Assembly (NCBI GenBank): GCA_049967655.1
Contig: JBMFSH010000026.1
Coordinates: 1-39,022 of the forward strand
DNA: 39,022 nucleotides
Direction of reading: 5' to 3'
From: Acidobacteriota bacterium
Lineage (GTDB): Bacteria > Acidobacteriota > UBA4820 > DSQY01
Both the position numbers and the translations under genes were made by a program. This document shows, one piece after another, positions 36,653 through 39,022 of this stretch (the stretch's first letter is position 1; each line of letters starts with the position of its first letter). The notes beneath the pieces are model-generated. The model saw nothing but the letters and a program-made list of their open reading frames with translations, was not told the origin of the DNA and did no database searches.

Positions 36653-38256
36653 AGGCGAAGATCAGGCTATCGGACATGTCCCGGAGGGACAGAGCACCCC
36701 TGACGCACGTGACGAAAGAGGAGCTGATGCCCCTGCCGCCCCCCCTTCAGGACCCGGCCAGCACTCCCGACTGGAAGCCTCTCGCCGACAAGACCAAGGG
36801 CTCGGTGGAGTGCGGCCTGGACGACACCTGCGCCCTCAACATCCCGCAGCCGAAGACGAAGGAGGAAGAGGACGAGCTGGTCAAAAAGTTCCTCTCCGGC
36901 CTCGACAAGCTCTTCACCCGCGAGAACAACTGGACCTTCCTCCAGCCCCTGGTCCTCACCATGGAGCACTGCGCCAAGTGCCAGACCTGCTCCTCCGCGT
37001 GCCACATCTACGAGGCTAGCGGACAAAACGAGGTCTACCGCCCCACCTACCGCTCGGAGATCCTCCGCCGGCTCTATTTCAAGCACGTCAAGCACGGCGG
37101 GCTGCTCTCCGCCTGGCAGCACGGGGAGGTCACCGTCAACTGGCCGCTGGTGGCGCGCCTGGCCGAGCTCTCCTACCGCTGCAACCTGTGCCGCCGCTGC
37201 GCCCAGACCTGCCCCATAGGGGCCGACAACGGGCTCGTGGGACACGAGCTGCGCAAGCTCTTCAGCATGGAAATGGGGATCAGCGCCAAGGAGTGCCACG
37301 ACAACGGCTCGGTGCTCCAGCTCAAGGTGGGCTCCTCCACGGGCATGAGCTCGCTGGTGGTCAAGGATAACATCGAGTTCATCGACGAGGACATGACGGA
37401 GAAGACGGGCCTCAAGGTGGAGACGCCCTGGGACGTGGCGGGCGCCGAGGTCCTGCTGATCCACAACGCGGGAGAGATCATGGCCTGGCCCGAGAACCCG
37501 GGCGCCTTCGCGGTGATCCTGAACGCCGCGGGCATTACCTGGACCCTCTCCTCCGAACTGGCGGGGTACGATTCCATCAATTACGGCCTCTGGTACGACG
37601 ACGCCCAGTTCGCGCGGGTGGCCATCAAGCACGCCGAGGCCGCCAAAAAGCTGGGGGTCAAGAAGATCGTCCTGGGCGAGTGCGGCCACGCGCACAAGGC
37701 GCTCTCCGTGATCGCAGACCGCGTTCTGACCGGCGACCTGAACATCCCCCGCGAGTCCTCCATGACCCTCCTGCGCGACATCGTGATGAACGACCGCATC
37801 AAGCTCGATCCCAGCCGGAACGACTTCCCCGTGACCCTGCACGACCCGTGCAACCTGGTGAGGCTCATGGGTGTGGTGGAGCCCCAGCGGGAGGTCATCC
37901 GCAAGATCTGCCCCCAGTTCCGCGAGATGTGGCCGCACGGAGTGGACAACTACTGCTGCGGCGGAGGCTCCGGGTTTGCCATCATGAGTGGGAACAACTT
38001 CCAGGACTGGAGGTTCCAGGTGGCCGGCCGGAAGAAGCTGCAGCAGATCCTGAATGCCTTCTCCGACTGCCTGGACCCCTCCATCCCCAAGTACCTCTGC
38101 GCCCCGTGCAGCAACTGCAAGGGCCAGTTCCGCGACATGCTGGCCTACTATGACCTGTGGGAGAAGAACAAGATCCTCTACGGCGGCCTCGTGGAGCTCA
38201 TCGTCAACGCCATGGTGGAGGTGAAGCCTGGCTTCATCGAGTGGGAGTGGCACTAG
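36649..38256 (+). CDS. DsrK/HdrD-like Fe-S protein with CCG domain
   Basis: CAKCQTCSSAC and CNLCRRCAQTC clusters, GECGHA, HDPCN, YCCGGGSG, APCSNCK. Confidence 0.9.
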   Translation: MKAKIRLSDMSRRDRAPLTHVTKEELMPLPPPLQDPASTPDWKPLADKTKGSVECGLDDTCALNIPQPKTKEEEDELVKKFLSGLDKLFTRENNWTFLQPLVLTMEHCAKCQTCSSACHIYEASGQNEVYRPTYRSEILRRLYFKHVKHGGLLSAWQHGEVTVNWPLVARLAELSYRCNLCRRCAQTCPIGADNGLVGHELRKLFSMEMGISAKECHDNGSVLQLKVGSSTGMSSLVVKDNIEFIDEDMTEKTGLKVETPWDVAGAEVLLIHNAGEIMAWPENPGAFAVILNAAGITWTLSSELAGYDSINYGLWYDDAQFARVAIKHAEAAKKLGVKKIVLGECGHAHKALSVIADRVLTGDLNIPRESSMTLLRDIVMNDRIKLDPSRNDFPVTLHDPCNLVRLMGVVEPQREVIRKICPQFREMWPHGVDNYCCGGGSGFAIMSGNNFQDWRFQVAGRKKLQQILNAFSDCLDPSIPKYLCAPCSNCKGQFRDMLAYYDLWEKNKILYGGLVELIVNAMVEVKPGFIEWEWH

Positions 38257-38263
38257 GGATGGC

Positions 38264-38410
38264 GGGGAGTTAGGAATGAGGAGCGAGGGGGGAAAGATCT
38301 GGAACATCGGGTGAGGCCTGAGAAGAGGGGAAGAGGGCGAAATTTCTCCGCCAGCGCGGTCTTCGAATCTTCTTTGACTCCTCGCCCTCACTTCCCACTC
38401 CTCACTCGTC
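38264..38410. repeat. Inverted arrays of degenerate heptamer repeats (GAGGAGT/ACTCCTC)
   Basis: Left arm GGGGAGT TAGGAAT GAGGAGC GAGGGGG (38264-38291). Right arm ACTCCTC GCCCTC ACTTCCC ACTCCTC ACTCGTC (38377-38410). Confidence 0.65.
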
Positions 38411-38426
38411 TTTCAAGGGGGTTCCC

Positions 38427-38801
38427 ATGGGAAAGAAGATCCTGGTGGTGGATGACGAGCCGGACGTGGTCACCTACCTGGCGTCGGTGTTGAGGGACAA
38501 CGGCTTTGAGGCGCTCGAAGCCTTCAACGGCGAAGAGGCCATGGAGAAGGTGCTGAAGGAGCACCCCGACCTGGTCACCCTGGACATCACCATGCCCGAA
38601 ATGACGGGGGTCAAGGCCTATCGGAAAATGAAGGAGGATTCGGCCCTCTCCAAGATCCCGGTGGTGATCGTGACCGGAGTCTCCCACGAGTTCAAGCAGT
38701 TCATCTCCACCCGCTCGCAGGTGCCCGCACCCGAAGGCTACCTCGAAAAGCCGGTGAAGCCGGAGGATCTGCTCGCCGAAGTGCGGCGCCTCCTGAGCTA
38801 G
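38427..38801 (+). CDS. Single-domain response regulator
   Basis: ILVVDDE, TLDITMP (phospho-Asp), IVTG, YLEKP. No output domain. Confidence 0.93.
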   Translation: MGKKILVVDDEPDVVTYLASVLRDNGFEALEAFNGEEAMEKVLKEHPDLVTLDITMPEMTGVKAYRKMKEDSALSKIPVVIVTGVSHEFKQFISTRSQVPAPEGYLEKPVKPEDLLAEVRRLLS

Positions 38802-38977
38802 ACCGCCGTCTCAGAGATTGGTTTTCCGCACGGCTGTCAAAAATAGATTGCCCTGGCCGGCTTCGAAACGCCTCGGCCCACTTTGGACAGGCTTGGTGGG
38901 CGATGGGACACGCCGTCACGGCGGGCAAGCTAGAGGGACCTGAGGCCCCAATCCCGCGATGGAACGGGGGAAAGAGC

Positions 38978-39022
38978 ATGGAAAGCAGGCTGGGCAAGCC
39001 ATTGAAGAAGGGGTCCTTGTCA
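38978..39022 (+). CDS. Possible start of a CDS running off the right edge
   Basis: GGGGG...ATG then MESRLGKPLKKGSLS, open to the window end. Too short to assign. Confidence 0.25.
   Translation, partial: MESRLGKPLKKGSLS

Overview
High-GC bacterial chromosome segment from a probable anaerobe. The TPR/carboxypeptidase-regulatory and DUF507 genes suggest Acidobacteriota, but this is inference. From left to right: tRNA-Glu and tRNA-Lys (minus); an orphan pair of oligopeptide ABC ATPases; an MBL hydrolase divergent from an acyl-CoA:acetate CoA-transferase; a PAS-PAS sigma54 activator; a 33-aa Cys4 micro-ORF; an internally deleted or frameshifted exported-protein gene; rpsU-mutS2-dnaG-rpoD, then a TPR protein, tRNA-Ile2(CAT), a C4 zinc-ribbon protein, a large TPR protein, DUF507, a small Cys-motif membrane protein and metG; a minus-strand buk-iorA-iorB-ptb operon followed by a NYN nuclease gene; a convergent signalling cluster (histidine kinase plus REC/degenerate-GGDEF facing a diguanylate cyclase plus an output-less multi-sensor protein); and a DsrMK-like membrane redox pair with a single-domain response regulator. 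I saw no CRISPR array, integrase, transposase, prophage or rRNA. No single clearly novel system is evident. The strongest oddities are the atypical DsrMK-like pair, the sensor-only protein next to a cyclase, a 2-residue deletion in RpoD region 4.2, an intergenic-like repeat tract with an internal start inside metG, the broken gene at 7383-7786 and a probable leaderless transcript.
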